Positions 50,477 to 63,769 of a DNA stretch of 64,000 bases are shown in pieces. The notes beneath the pieces are model-generated. The model was not told where the DNA came from. It was given only the letters and a program-made list of their open reading frames with translations, and did not search any database. Source of the DNA: Ascidiella aspersa. Lineage: Eukaryota. Within the stretch, counting starts at the first letter, position 1. The number at the start of each line of letters is the position of its first letter. The stretch lies in assembly GCA_963924565.1 (NCBI GenBank), contig OZ004607.1:4154001-4218000 (forward strand), in the 5' to 3' direction. Made by a program: the position numbers and the translations under genes.

Positions 50477-51672
50477 TTCTAGATTTATATACTCTTTTAA
50501 GGATCTATAAATGCTGCGATATAGAAGAAAGCCGAGTGATCTGCAGTTGTTTGTTGAACCAACTTCGTTTGGTATAAAGTGGTCGCAATTTTTACGATCC
50601 ATCTTAAGTTTCACGTCAGCAAAAAAAGCCTTAACAATTTCCTTCCTTAAATAATCTAGGAGTGATTTTGAAAAACAAGCGTTTCAATTTGATCCGTTTT
50701 ACAAAAAATAGCCACAGAAAACAAGAGGGCTACAGCGAAAGAACAATAACGAAAAACAACGATATGAAAAATCTTGGAAAAAACGTAACAGTGCGAGCAA
50801 AGCTAATACGGGGGCTAGGGGACCGAAAATAATCGGATTTTAAGGAGGGGTAAACGTAAGGATACGTAAAAAAGAGAAGGGGGGCTTAAAAGGGGGGTGG
50901 GATTCCCCAACTACAGCAGAAATACGTTATCACAGTCGACCACACCAAAAATAGTTAAACAGTCGGAAAAATATGAGTAGAAAAAAAGAGCACAAACATA
51001 CTGAGTATCCGTGGTCAAAAGTGACAGGCTATACGCGGGGCGCCGCTAATATAAGAGCGAACAACAAAGTCTCGCCGCATATAGCGAAATCGCCACAAAA
51101 AAGGAATGCTTTCGTTTTGGTTCGCGCGAAATGAACTTTCGAATTCTAGGAGGGTGTCATACTAAGCGTATACGCCATCGACAACAAAATTGCGCGCTTT
51201 CGTTCGGTCAATTTTCGGCGCTTGACTTAAAAAGTCGTGAAAATACCGTGAAAGACAAAGGGTGTCGTCTTTTACATTTAAACGGCACAGCAGTTGGCCT
51301 GGAACATTGGTCGATAATGAAGCGGGGCGGAAACGTGAATATCCAACCGCTTAGTAGTGGTATAGTATATAGAAGAAGTAACAGTAGTGGTAGCTGCATC
51401 GGCCGGCGGAGAGCTACCCAATCGAAAAATCGAACTGAAAGGAGAATCGACGCAAAAAGAGTGTCCAACGCTAAATAACAACAACATCAAGATCAACAAC
51501 AGAGGAAAACAACAACTAGTCAGTGCGGAACAGTAGTAGTAGTTTATAAAGAGTACGGTGAGACGCGAGCGCAAAAGTCGCTAAGTGTTTGTGCACAGGC
51601 GTCGCTTGATGTAACTGGTGAAGGAGGGGAAAACAGGGGGGGGGGGTAAGTTTTTTTTTGGCGAGGGGCAGG

Positions 51673-51762
51673 TTAGCTCCAGCCGTTGTCCTTCACCATG
51701 TGGATGAGCTCGATGATAAACTTTCCCTCCTTGTACTTTTGACTTGTCTCGTAAGCGCGCTC
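51673..51762 (-). CDS. Terminal coding exon (ERAYETSQKYKEGKFIIELIHMVKDNGWS*) of an unidentified gene whose upstream exons were not found in the window
   Basis: On the minus strand a strong acceptor (tgtgttttacag) precedes 30 codons with GC-rich third positions ending in TAA. About 2 kb of UTR-like sequence follows. I found no matching upstream exon in 51763-64000. Confidence 0.7.
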   Translation of the reverse strand, partial: ERAYETSQKYKEGKFIIELIHMVKDNGWS

Positions 51763-52639
51763 CTGTAAAACACAAGCGGCGATGTTTAAATTGATGCACA
51801 GACCGAAACTTATGAACTTAAACAGCATTTTTAGGTGCTTCGGACGTGCCGTACATGAGGTTGAACAAATTGATTTCAATTTTTGTAAATTACTATTTAT
51901 TAAGTGATATGATCTAGAAATACCTGACATGCAGCATACATATTTTTAAAATTCTAAACCATTACATTTTTATGTTGCTTTTAACGATTTATCTGTTGTT
52001 TTTTGGGTATGATTCTTTAATGGCCGGTTAAAATACAGCATATTTCGACTATGGTTATTTTTGCATATACTTAAATAAAATAGTTGTACAATCTTCAAAT
52101 AATGAGCCGTGAGTTTAAGTCATCTTTTGGTAATAAATTGGACGCTATTTTGTTCCTGAAAGGAAGACCACTTTCGTTCAAATCCAATGCAACAACAAAA
52201 CTGTACAAAAGATTACTCATGAAACGCAAACAGGGGAGCAATAAAAATAATTTTCGAAAAAAAAACGCCTTAGTATTGGCCTTGCAAAGTTGTTTCCAGC
52301 AGAACGCACAGAATCGATGCCGAACAAAAACGACGCGAAAAACTACGACTGGCTTTAGGCTGGAGGAAAACATTCCCTTTAGACTTCGGTTGGAGCCTTA
52401 ACGTAGGCCGTTTGGGTCGATATAACGCAAGAGGCTGATTTCCAATCTGGCAATATTGATCTGTCGAGATAGGTTTCTGTTGGACCGAGGTGCGGGGCTA
52501 ACGGGGGAATGGACTTGGCTTGCCGCAGCAAGGACACAAGATTTTTTATCGATTGGCGCCACAATGAAAACGGAAATGTAGTTTTCGCGGGCGGCCGTGT
52601 TTCGCCCTTTTGATGAAAACGGTGGTGTAATAATGCGGG

Positions 52640-52915
52640 TTTAAACAGTTAAACCGGCGACTTTTGCATTTTAGAGGCTACCATTTCAGCTGTTCACTGA
52701 AAATGAAGTTTTAAACAGTTACCAACGTTATTTTTGGATTAACAGACTACCATTTCAGGTGTTCACCAAAAACCAAGTTATAAACGGTTAAGACCGTGAT
52801 TTTTGCATTTTACAGACTAACATTACAGCTGTAAACCGAACATAATGTTTTAACAGTTAAGACGTGATTTTTGCATTTTAGAGGCTACCAATTCAGCTGT
52901 TAACCGAAAATCAAG
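52640..52915. repeat. Minisatellite, ~69-bp unit x4
   Basis: ttttgcattttagaggctaccatttcagctgttcac...aacagtta units start near 52661, 52731, 52800 and 52867. Confidence 0.9.
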
Positions 52916-55289
52916 TGCGCACGCGCCGTGCTAATAATAAGGAGTGCCCCGGTAGTGGGCAATTAAACCTGAATCGCAATTACGCAAATAGGTATCAGCC
53001 AGCTGTTATTACGGGCTGTTACAATTCACGCCGCGGCCGAGGATATTAGCGACAAGTAAGGATTACTACACGTTTAACAATCTGTCGGGGGTTTGGATCA
53101 AGGTCGCAACGCACTCTATAGCGCAATAATAGCGTTCCGTCGCTAACATCCAGCAATTAGTACAGGAAACTGAACACACCCAAGGCCGGATACACGTCGG
53201 TGCTAATTCGCTTTTAATCACTGAGTCCAACTTCAGTCTGACGCAGCCGACGGAATGATGAGGGCGAAAAAGAGTTTAAAGATTTCTTTTCAAGCTTTAT
53301 GTTTTTTATGTGGTAATGTGGAAGGTGGCACAATTTTTGTTCAAAGATGTGTGGTTGATACGACATTCCATTTTCACTGCTTTTAACTACAAAAAAGCGA
53401 TTTTACGCAAGGGCAGCGATTTATCGCATCATCAATCCTTTAATAGATGCCAAATTGCCGAAAACCAAGGCGTTTTGCTTCTTAGGACCCAATTTGTTAC
53501 CAGGACAACTGTCCTTAAAATTAACCTTCCTGATCAAAGAGGCAGGTGTGACGCGAAAAACCGCTAAGTGACGTAACACAGCGTGACAGCCCGTCAGTTT
53601 CTTAACTAATCCTGGGATGATCGGGCGCTTTGGCAACATATGACGTCACGATTTGCCCAAGTCGGGTTCGATGGCAGTTGAAGCGCGACTTTCGTTGTTT
53701 TTGCTATTTTCGCTTTGCGGACACCACAAACACCAGACGAGGGACAACCGAGCTTGTACAGGTCACTGGCAACGTTTAGAGTGTTTCTGTGGTTCTTTTT
53801 TGCCACAAAAAGTTCCTTTTAAATAGTCGTTAAAAACATTAAAATGTATCAGAGCAGATTGTAAAAAACAACAAACTAAACGATTTTCTATTTTTGGTTG
53901 TTCGGTCGAACTTAAACAGCCGAGATTCTCAATGAACGCAAAATATGGTCAAAATAGCGTTCGGTAAATCATGAGTACAGAAATAATAACTATTTTATAC
54001 AGGACAAAGTTTCCGCGAACCGCGCCCGTTTGCGTTAGTTACGGTTGAACAAAAATAACTAAATATACAGACATTTCCCATTAAACAAGGCCCGAGGGTT
54101 AAATGGAGGCGCAGTGACGTTTATTTCTCGTCTGTCAGATACATTGGCGGCAAACGTTGACTAAGCCTCCAAGAATAGTTGATCGAAATAAACGGACTGT
54201 CAACCACTAAATAAAACTTGACGCCCATTTCTAAGGCCACTATTTAGCTTTTTTCGAATTTCCATTATAAGTAAATGTCAAAAACTTTATTAAATACATT
54301 ACAATGACAGTGTTTACATATCGAAAGGGCGTGATTAATTTTGATCATCACTTGACGGGCAAGTATACCATAAATAGAGCTCTTTGCTCATTTTGGAAGC
54401 GCAGCGACTAACCCATGGCATTCGTCATTGTTAGGCCACGTCAGTGTTTTTGTTCCGAAAACACAAATAAGCAGCAAATTTATATTGGCGGTTTATTAAC
54501 AGGGTTTATTTTACAATGATCCAATCTTATTTTGGCATTTTCTGGGTTTATACTCCCAAGAATAGTGTATGTTTAATCTAGGGATAATTATATCCACAAA
54601 AAATATTAAGCCTACGGTGCGGCACCTAGTAATGTCCACAATTTGACGCAGTATAATATGGCCTGAAACGTGCTATTATGACTATCACGATTTATGCTGC
54701 TTCGCAACCAAGAATTTTAATGAAGATACTGATTAAACAATTATCAGGTTCGATAGAAATAACATTTTGATTACAAGTGACTCGTTGCTTCGAAATTAAT
54801 AGAAGGGTTTTAATCAACTTAACATTCACAAAACACACAGTCAGTCATATGCGGCCAACGGTGCTACAATTTTGCCGTTTATTACATTGTAATAATTGCA
54901 GCGTTGCTCGACTTGAAGTTTTCCTTGGTTGTGCCTTATATCGCTTACTCGTCGTGGCATATTCACCGAAAAAACACTAATATTTTTTTTTAAATTAGAG
55001 CTTAACTCCCCAGGAAACGTTTGTAAACAAATGTCAAATACCCCACTTCAGCACGACCTTGGAACGGCATTGACCGCGTGGAAAAAACGGCGCTGACAAC
55101 TCGACAACAAAGCCGAACAATGGACGCGACAGGACTGCCTTTGTTCGTCGACGGCCAGGCGCCGATTGTCGCCACAAATCGGCTCCAATTGTGACGCAAC
55201 AATCGCCAGGGCGACAAGCGACAACAGACCTCAGCTCGGCGCTGAACGCCCGACGAATTTGCATGGCGGCTTCGCTAATCGCAAGCCTT

Positions 55290-55500
55290 AGTCTTGTCTA
55301 GAATCCTACCACATTTTTTTTAACGCTAACGAAATCAGTTGTCAAAGTTGAAATTGCAAGAAAGGCAGGAATATGTAAAAATTAATATTATAATAATACT
55401 TGATCCACCCAAACCTAAACGCTAACTCGCACCCTAACTCAAATACTGTTAACAACATTCACCCCTGGTTGAAAATGTGGTAGGATTCTCGACCAGCGCC
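55290..55500. mobile_element. MITE with GGCGCTGGTCTAGAATCCTACCACATTTT-type TIR and internal CCCTAA-like motifs
   Basis: tctagaatcctaccacatttt (55297) / aaaatgtggtaggattctcga (55472-55492). Family fragments at ~13150-13198, ~31084-31260 and ~57095-57140. Confidence 0.8.
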
Positions 55501-57609
55501 AAGGCCTTTTATTTTCAAACGTTCGTGCTTCTTTTGACACTTGTCCAGTTGTTAACCTGGGCAATTTAAAATCAAACGGCTTGCTGATTGTCATCCTGTT
55601 TATATTTTTGTCTAGTGCAGTGGATGTCAAACGTTTTTAGCTACTGAGTAAATCATATTGAGTTCGCGACAGGCCTTCAACCATATTATTTAATTATTAC
55701 TCGACATCACCCTTAACTTACAATAGGTAAATTCTGTAATATTATCCGTATTTATTCCAATCAGATGTCTTATTGATTGTGTGCATCGAAATCTGGCATA
55801 AAATCCGAGTGCCTAGCTATTTCTAATACCAACTGGTTATTTAACACAATTACAACAAAGTTTTGCGGCACACGTTTGAATTACTAGACGCGCACAGTTT
55901 GAGAAAATACTCTTCTTTAGTTGCTCGAAACGGCCTTAGCACCGAATGGTCGATTACAGCAAACCACAATAGCCACGTAACATTGCTGTTTACGAAAAAA
56001 CGAGTCGATCGTACAAACGGAGTTTACGAACAAGTTTAGTGTTGGTGCTTCCCACCAATGGGCCTACGTCGGTAGGGCAAAAAGCACAGGTTGCTCGAGG
56101 GAAAATTTGGACAAAACACCTTTCTGTGCCTTGATATTTGACGGCCTTAACGGGAATACCCAGCGTTATCGTGGTCCTGAATGTCGTCAGCCTTAGCTTT
56201 GAACCCTGGCGATGGGTAAAAACAAATTGGTTGACATTTTTGTTGAAATTTTCCACGTGCTATTTTTATACCAGAGGTGACAAACAAAAAAATTGGACTG
56301 TAAATCGGCATTCTTCTGTACCTGATTCTAGTTGAGTATGTTAACAGGTACTTCTGCCATTGTTGAGTTAGATCTGCGTCAATGGAAATTTTAACAAATT
56401 TGTTTTTAACATGTAGTTTACTTTCAAGGACAGCTTTAGAGTTGCGGAACGAACTAGCTTGTATTAGGGCGTAGTAAGAATATCAAAGCCCATAGAGAAG
56501 TGTTTTTAAACTTTTCAAATATCTCTTCATTAATTTTCAAGATCAAGATTTGTTAAAGTACATTAAGGTGTACTGTATAAGCTTTAATATTCTTACTACA
56601 TCTTGTTACAACCTCCAACCATTATGCTTCAAGCTATGTTATGATAATAGTGGGGCACATAGGTTATTGTGCTTCAAACAGGCATTGCGATTTACAAACA
56701 CGTCAACGGTTGCAGTAAACGTCCAACCGAAATCATGGTTACTTTTTTTTTAAAGTAGAAGCCATAGGCTGGTTTTGAATGCCCGTTTAAGATTCTCAAA
56801 ATTCAAAACAACAACAGCATGGCTCGAAGTGGGGGTATGAACCCCTTTTTTTGCCTTCGACGTGGAAATGCGTGCGACTCGACACAATGGCGCGGAGCAT
56901 CCAGCTCGGAAACCACGCCAGCTTTTCGTCACGCTCTGCTAGCATGACGTCACGCAGCTTCGCCAGGAGTCAACATGCGGTCGATCGCGATTTCCGCGGC
57001 TGTTCACAACACCGGGCATGTATACCCCTATATACCCTGGACGAGATATGCCCACCCGAATTTGGGCTTTTTTCCAGCGTTCAAACAATTATTACATTAA
57101 CGCACATTATTTCGGTTAGGGTTCGGGTTGGTCAAGTGTTGTTATTTCTATCTCACACTTTTTGTTATCTTTTATAAATTTTCAGTGATATTTTGTATTA
57201 ATTTACGCCGGGAGTTTACCTGAAGGTCCAATTAGTGAATTGCCACGACCTTGTAAGTCTAAAAGTCAGACTTTTCTGCCATTTGATGCCCTAATTGTGG
57301 TTGACCTTTTTGCTTAGCACTGCACTAATTTCTAACGGATCGCGTGCCTTAGCCGAGCTGACTGGATTGAAAATGTTTACGATAACAATGCGGGTGACCT
57401 CAACCAGGCTGGCTTCCGTTTGGCCGAGGCGCCTCGCTATTTGTATACATAGGCGGTGGGCGCTGTTTCGGTCCTACAACAACAGCATTTAAAGCAACGT
57501 GTTAACAGCTGTGATTTCGGCGCGACAGATTAAGGAAAATCGAAATTTCGTCACGAATGTTTACTTGGCGTGCGCGCCTAAATCCCAGCACAAGAGACCA
57601 AACAGGATT

Positions 57610-58178
57610 CACGTTGGTTCTCAACCGGAGCCCTGGTGTGCCATTTCTAATTCTCAAGGGTGCCGATAGGTATTTGAGATTTTTAGGAATCCGATTTTTG
57701 CTCAATTGGTAAGCTTCTTGATACAACTATTTGTGTACTGTTATAGAGACCATTATAGCAACTGAATACATGCTTTAAGTTGATTGTGTTGTTCCAGTCC
57801 CATTTATAGTGGCATTTAAGTAAAATACTTAAAAAAAATTCCAGTCGGGGTGCCGAAAATCTATATACCAGGGGTGGGCAAATTTATTCAACCGAAGAGC
57901 CATTAGGCAAATGAAATTCCTTAGCAATGAAATTGCGTTAGCTTGCAGCAACTAACTCTTTAGTGCCACGTCATAACCGAAATGCTGGCCTAAATAAAGA
58001 AATAAAAAAAGAAAAACGTTCATAAACGTACTCTTGGTGGCCTTTACTTTTTTTTGGAATTTTACGATTCGACTAGAAGAGCCACAAAAAACTTGCCGGC
58101 GAGCCGCAGTTTGCCCACCCCTGCTATATACTATTTTTAGGGGGGGTGCAGTAAGTCATAAAAGGTTGACAATCACTG
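57610..58178. mobile_element. Older hAT-type MITE (host of a nested insertion)
   Basis: Degenerate TIRs ttggttctcaacc / ggttgacaatcactg. GGGTGCC subterminal motifs on both sides of the insert. Confidence 0.7.
57869..58123. mobile_element. Young hAT-type MITE nested in another MITE
   Basis: Perfect 14-bp TIR CAGGGGTGGGCAAA and perfect TSD CTATATAC (57861-57868, 58124-58131). Confidence 0.95.
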
Positions 58179-59644
58179 GTTTTAACAGTGCACCGCTGTA
58201 GCTAGTTGTGTCCCGTTACTGCGTGTAAAGTTGTGGTTTGTCAGTGCGACTTACACAAAGTGACCGATCGCCCAATACTGATATGCAGGAATGAAAAACA
58301 CACATGTAAAAGGGAAGTCAAATAAGAACTGAAAGTAAACGAGGGTTGAAATAACGACACCGTTGCGTTTTTCGCAGAAAGCAAACAGCGTTCGACGCAA
58401 TTGTACATGTTTGGCACATTTTTATTCGGAAATCAGCGACGGGTGTGTGTATGTCGTGCACGGGCGTCTATTGTTAAGCGCTGTTCAGTGCACACATGGC
58501 ACAGCGGATACACAGAGTTAAGCAATTTTAGCACGGGTCGCGTAAAGTGTGAAATATTTGTTGGAACACGTCGATCATCAATTCCGCATTATGCAACAAT
58601 TAAGTGTGAAATATTTGACAGAAAACTTGTAGAGCATTCGCATTTGCAACAAGCGATTGGCACACGGCCACTTTTGAAATCGTCACAACCCGTTCTTTTT
58701 CAATACACATTAACGCTGTTTTTCACCGATTGGCGAATATAGGCAATTTTACGTCCGTTTAAAAACATGGCGGATAGGTATTGTTTACTTTCCGGTGAGC
58801 ATGGCTGGAACATTTGCGAAAGGCACACACCACAACCAAATGGCTTGTGATGGTTCAGCAGAGCGGACAGACCGACTAGACTAGACTAACCCGAATTTTA
58901 CATTGCGCCTATTAGATTTACCAATAAACTGTAGTCGGAATTAGAAATCGCCGAATGTCCTCGGGACTAAGGTTTGCTTAGCGCGAGGTAGGAGCTCGAA
59001 ATATCGACCCTTCAGTGCAATAAACAGGGAAAAAATCGGGCCTCAGCACGACACTACTTGACGTCGTCGAAAACCAATTCAAAAAGCAGAAGGTAAAATA
59101 AATGAATATAAAACTGCCAGGAAGCAACAATATAAAACAAATGAGGTTCGATGCGAAAAACGGGCTGCAAAAGCGTCAAGCCGAATTTTACTTCAATAAA
59201 AAAATGTTTTACACAGAACTAAGATAAGTTTGCAACTCTGTGTTAAACTTTTGTGCGCTTACGCTCCATAGCCTTCAATGTAAATTAAAGCCCCAAAATG
59301 ATATACCACTTACACAAACACACACACACAGAGGTTATCATACGCGAGATCCCTTGTCGCGTTCAAACAAACTGTACAGCAGCAGGGGGTTTTCGGGGCA
59401 AATTAAGGGCATTTACTGAAGGGCGTGCCATATGGCTGAGGTACAGGTAACAAGGTAAGGAACCCACAAGGCTCATGCCTAAAGGATATGATGCGACACA
59501 GATGCTCAGCGGTTCGCCGACGCTGATCAATATTGATGGAGGTCTCTGGCAGGGGGTCTCTGTTTGGTTAACTATACGGTTTCCGTTTGCTGTTTAAGCC
59601 ACGTGGGAGCGAATCCCGCCGGGCAGTTGGTCAGTATACGCCTC

Positions 59645-60045
59645 CTTTGAAAGAAACGAACGCTTTTCCATGCGTTTTTTTGTTTGAAAATTGAAAAAGA
59701 TGAAATACTGCTTTGGGTCAAACGGCGGATAAGCTTACTGAGTGTGGCTATTCTTCTATATGAATCAACCACCATTCAAGCCATTTCCGTAACAGCAATG
59801 GTTAAACAATAATCAAGTTGGTCATTATACGCCCCCGTTTAAAGAAACGGTTGCTTTTGTTTGTTTACCCGTTTTTTTTTTAAATTTGCGAAACTGAAGA
59901 GGATGGAAAAATATAGTTCAATGCTTCTAGGTCAAAAAACGGCATAAAAGCATGCTCACTGTGGCAAAGAGGGCTATTCTTCTCTATGATTCGACCACCA
60001 TTAAAGCCATTTCCGTAGCAGCAATCGTTAAACAAAAATCAAGGG
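59645..60045. repeat. Diverged tandem duplication (~170-200 bp x2)
   Basis: ggctattcttct-tatga-tc-accaccatt-aagccatttccgta-cagcaat-gttaaacaa-aatcaag occurs at ~59745 and ~59972. Confidence 0.85.
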
Positions 60046-63000
60046 CCCTTGACGTTCTATAAGAGTAGATCAATGCTTGGTCAACGTGGGCGTTCAACGT
60101 CATTACCACAACCGATTTCGGTCCAGTCCAATTGCGAGTCACACGCTCGACTAGGGTTTGATCTATCAAGTAACTATGCTAACCCATTATGGGTGAATAG
60201 GCCACATCGATATAGGTAAAACCAAATCAAAAGGCGGAATAAGTCAGATGCTCAGCAAAGGTTCACAACGGGAGGCCGACATTGGAATACAGCAGATATA
60301 GCCAACTTATGTTTGATTGCAAATGACTGAAATACTTTTTAGATTAATTTCCAATAACAATTAGTCATTTTAATGATCCGCTTGTGTGCGATAGCTACTG
60401 TAATGACGTAACACATATTAGAAGCGATCGACCGTAAAATGTGGCGATCGACGTGTTGGCTACTCCTGGTGTTAAGTGTAGGTTGCAACATCACGCGGTG
60501 TTGGCGATTAGGCAATCTTTATGAAACGCGAAAAATCAAAGCAAAATGCGTAATAAATGCGACGTTACAGCAAAAGTCGAACAACGGGAGGCCGCGCCCG
60601 ACATTGGAATAGAGCATAAGTGATCGATGGAAAGGTGATAGGCGCGCTGACAGCTTATCGTCGGCCTGGATCAAGGACCGCCGCTACAACGCCCCCTCCA
60701 AAGTCGTGTGGGAAAGTCTGGCTACCTTAAGCCGCCGACCATCGCCGGTGTTGGATGTCGCAACCTGAATGCGCCTGATTTAAACCCGGGCGCATGCAGA
60801 TTTAGCGTTTTGCATCACAATAGGCGCCTTACAGATGCAAGGGCACTTTCGGCGAGGATATTTACGTGATGTGGTATTTCTTTCCACGTTGAGTGTCCAG
60901 CTTAATGGTTAGTATTAAAGGATTTTCAAAAGATAGAAATAAAGGATAAAAATGATCAAAAATCGTTCGCACCCGAGGGGACTTGTATAAGTTTTATCTG
61001 TGCTGTCGTCTTAATTCATTTTAGATGGGTACTTCAAAAGCACCTTTTTTAACCAAAACTTCCTTTGCCTTTGGCCAGCTTACATACCCCCTTCCCGCTA
61101 AAAAAACAAAAAAGCAGAAATCGTTTTTGAAAGTAACTAGATCGATAGCTACATAGAGCTAAAACGATGACGTCACATAAGTTTAGGTTTTTTGTCCCCC
61201 AACCAAATGCCCCTAGGGGCACAGACTCATAAACCACCTATACGCACCTATCTTACATGTTACTCTACGTCGTGTCCAAAAATTTGAAAGTTCTACATGC
61301 ATACTTTTTCTATAAAGATTCGTACAAAAAACTGTCTGAAACATAGCATAGCAAACCTAAAACGAATAGCAGCAAAAACAAGATATGTCCCAAAAATCAA
61401 TTGTCGGCCCATATAATTATTCCACTTGAGTCGCCTTTCTATATTGTCGACAGCGCGGTTTCCGATGGACTCGAGCGCCGAGCGGACATCACAACACAGT
61501 CGGAGCACTCGACCACGTGGTGCCAACGCGGTTATGACGTCACAAAGAACGAACGGAAAACGTGGCTGGTACGGCGGTTGTGTCAGACAAAGGGAAGGCA
61601 AACCGTAGGGGCTTTTTTCTGTTGGCGGAGATTTTCTGTGTTGTTGTTGCGTTGCCACGAATTTACAGGCTCCATCATAAATTAATTTTCAGTATTTTGT
61701 GCTATAGTAAATATAGAATGTGGTACGTTAGTTACAAGTGGCGTAACGAGATTTACTAGAAGCTCTCATCAGAAGCAACTATAGTCACCATTGAAAACTA
61801 ATGGATCCAAACCGATACTGAAGTCTTTATCAGTGTACAGGAATTTATTAATAATACAAATGCTTTCACAGGTGGATTCTTATTTAAGCTCCAAAGAAAG
61901 ATATTCGAAGCTTCAAATAAAAGCCACGGTATAATAAGCGGACGTGTTCTGAGTTGTTGTTATGTTGCTACGGAGATAAACATGACGGCGATTTTTTTAG
62001 AAAAAAAAAATGAATCGCTGGGCCAGTTTTTGAAATTAAACTGCCACATTCGGTTTCCTGAGAAACACTAGAAAAAACACAGTAATGGGCATGCTCAAAC
62101 GCGTCTTTGCTGGATCTGAAATACTTTGTTTTTATTGTGGAGCACAGTTCAACTTTGTATGTAGCTTGAGATCAAGAATAGAGGATGAATTACAAAAGTT
62201 CATCTCACAAGGGTTCTGTGTCAGTTTTACTAAGACGATCCAATCCAAATATGGTGTTAAACAAGCTATACTATGTCGATCAATGTGCAATGAAGCATTT
62301 CTCTGGTAGGTGTAATTGCGCACGTAATTCTAGCGACAAATTTACATAATTCGTGCTATTCGCTTGAACTTAAGGAACTAAAAATACCGCGCTACAAAAA
62401 ACGACAAACTTACACGCCTTCACAACAAAAATAGCCGAGTGACATGAAAATAACGCAAATCGTCGGTCAGAATGTTTTATAGCTGCTTTCCTAGAAAAAA
62501 AAAAAATTAAAAAAAAACATGACGTATCCAAAAATGAATATACTATTGCTACCAGGCAATGTTTCAATTGTAAAATTATTTATCGGCAGATTTTTTTTGA
62601 ATTACCAACGTTTCGACCACCTATTCGGGCAATCTTTCCATGGCATTATTATTGCAACCATATGCAAAAATATACACCAGCCAAACATTAACGGAAAAAA
62701 ACCCAAAATGTTAAGTTGTTTGCATTTTGGGACAAATGGAGGTTTTGCTATCCTAGGACCGCAGACGCCTATTAAAATTGACAAGTATATCAACGGCCCA
62801 GCGGAAACGGCAATGAATCAGCGGGTGTGACACCGATTTGGCGCTGCAAGACCTATCTTGTTCCGGAGTCGCAGTCGAATGTCTGAAGCGATTCCGGCTG
62901 AATGCTGTTTCCTAATTTGAGCAAACCTTGTAACTGCATGACAGGGCGTACAAGGGCGAGTTGAACAGTACTTCAAAAGGCTACACATTTTACCATGTTA

Positions 63001-63769
63001 TTAAAGCATTTTGAGACCCCTTTATCTCCAATTTGTCCAAAAATTTAGGTCGAACAAAACAGAAAGTACGCAAAAATACCAGAAATCAAGGCAGCCTTTG
63101 TATAGCAGCCTTGTCCCCCGTCCCTTCTATTTTGCCCAAAAAATTAGGAAAGCAAAACAGCAAGTACGCAAAAATGCCAGAAAATCAAAGTAGCTTTTGT
63201 ATGTGGGAGCCTTGCAAACGGGCTTAATACCTACCAAAACAACAACAACCGTGAACCGTTAAAGCGCCGAATCTTTTTCTATCAGTCATGCCACGCTCTA
63301 AGTGACAAGGAAGGAAACGGTGACCTCCAGTATTTTCGGCAGCACGCTTTTCACCGGCGCCAAAAATACCCGGCGGAAATGTGACCCCGTGACGTCACGG
63401 CTTAGGGGCCAGGCTCAAACCTGTCGGTCGGCGGCAAAAGGCGCTTTTCGCCAGTCAACAGCCGTTGGACGCGCGCACTTGAAGACGAATGGGACTAAAG
63501 GCCGCGAAAACTATAAATGTACTGACACACCTGCAAATGTGGCCAAAACAGGAACTTGCCTACGATATGGCCCACTGTTGCTAAGGGTACAAGAAACATA
63601 TTATGGAATAACATTTTTGAGCATAATGGTTGGAGGTTGTAGTAAGACGTAATAAGAATATCAAACATTCAAATCTATTTAAAACAACGGCATTTGGCAA
63701 CGAATTAAAGTGTAGGACAAGTGATCGACACAAACGCTACAATAGCCCAGCAACAAACACCTCCGACAG

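Noticed and set aside
51131-51574. Overlapping ORFs of 86-115 aa
   Set aside because: They lie in low-complexity putative 3' UTR sequence; no motif support.
51626-51670. G-quadruplex candidate (G runs)
   Set aside because: G runs are on the non-sense strand of gene 4, and homopolymer lengths are error-prone; no functional evidence.
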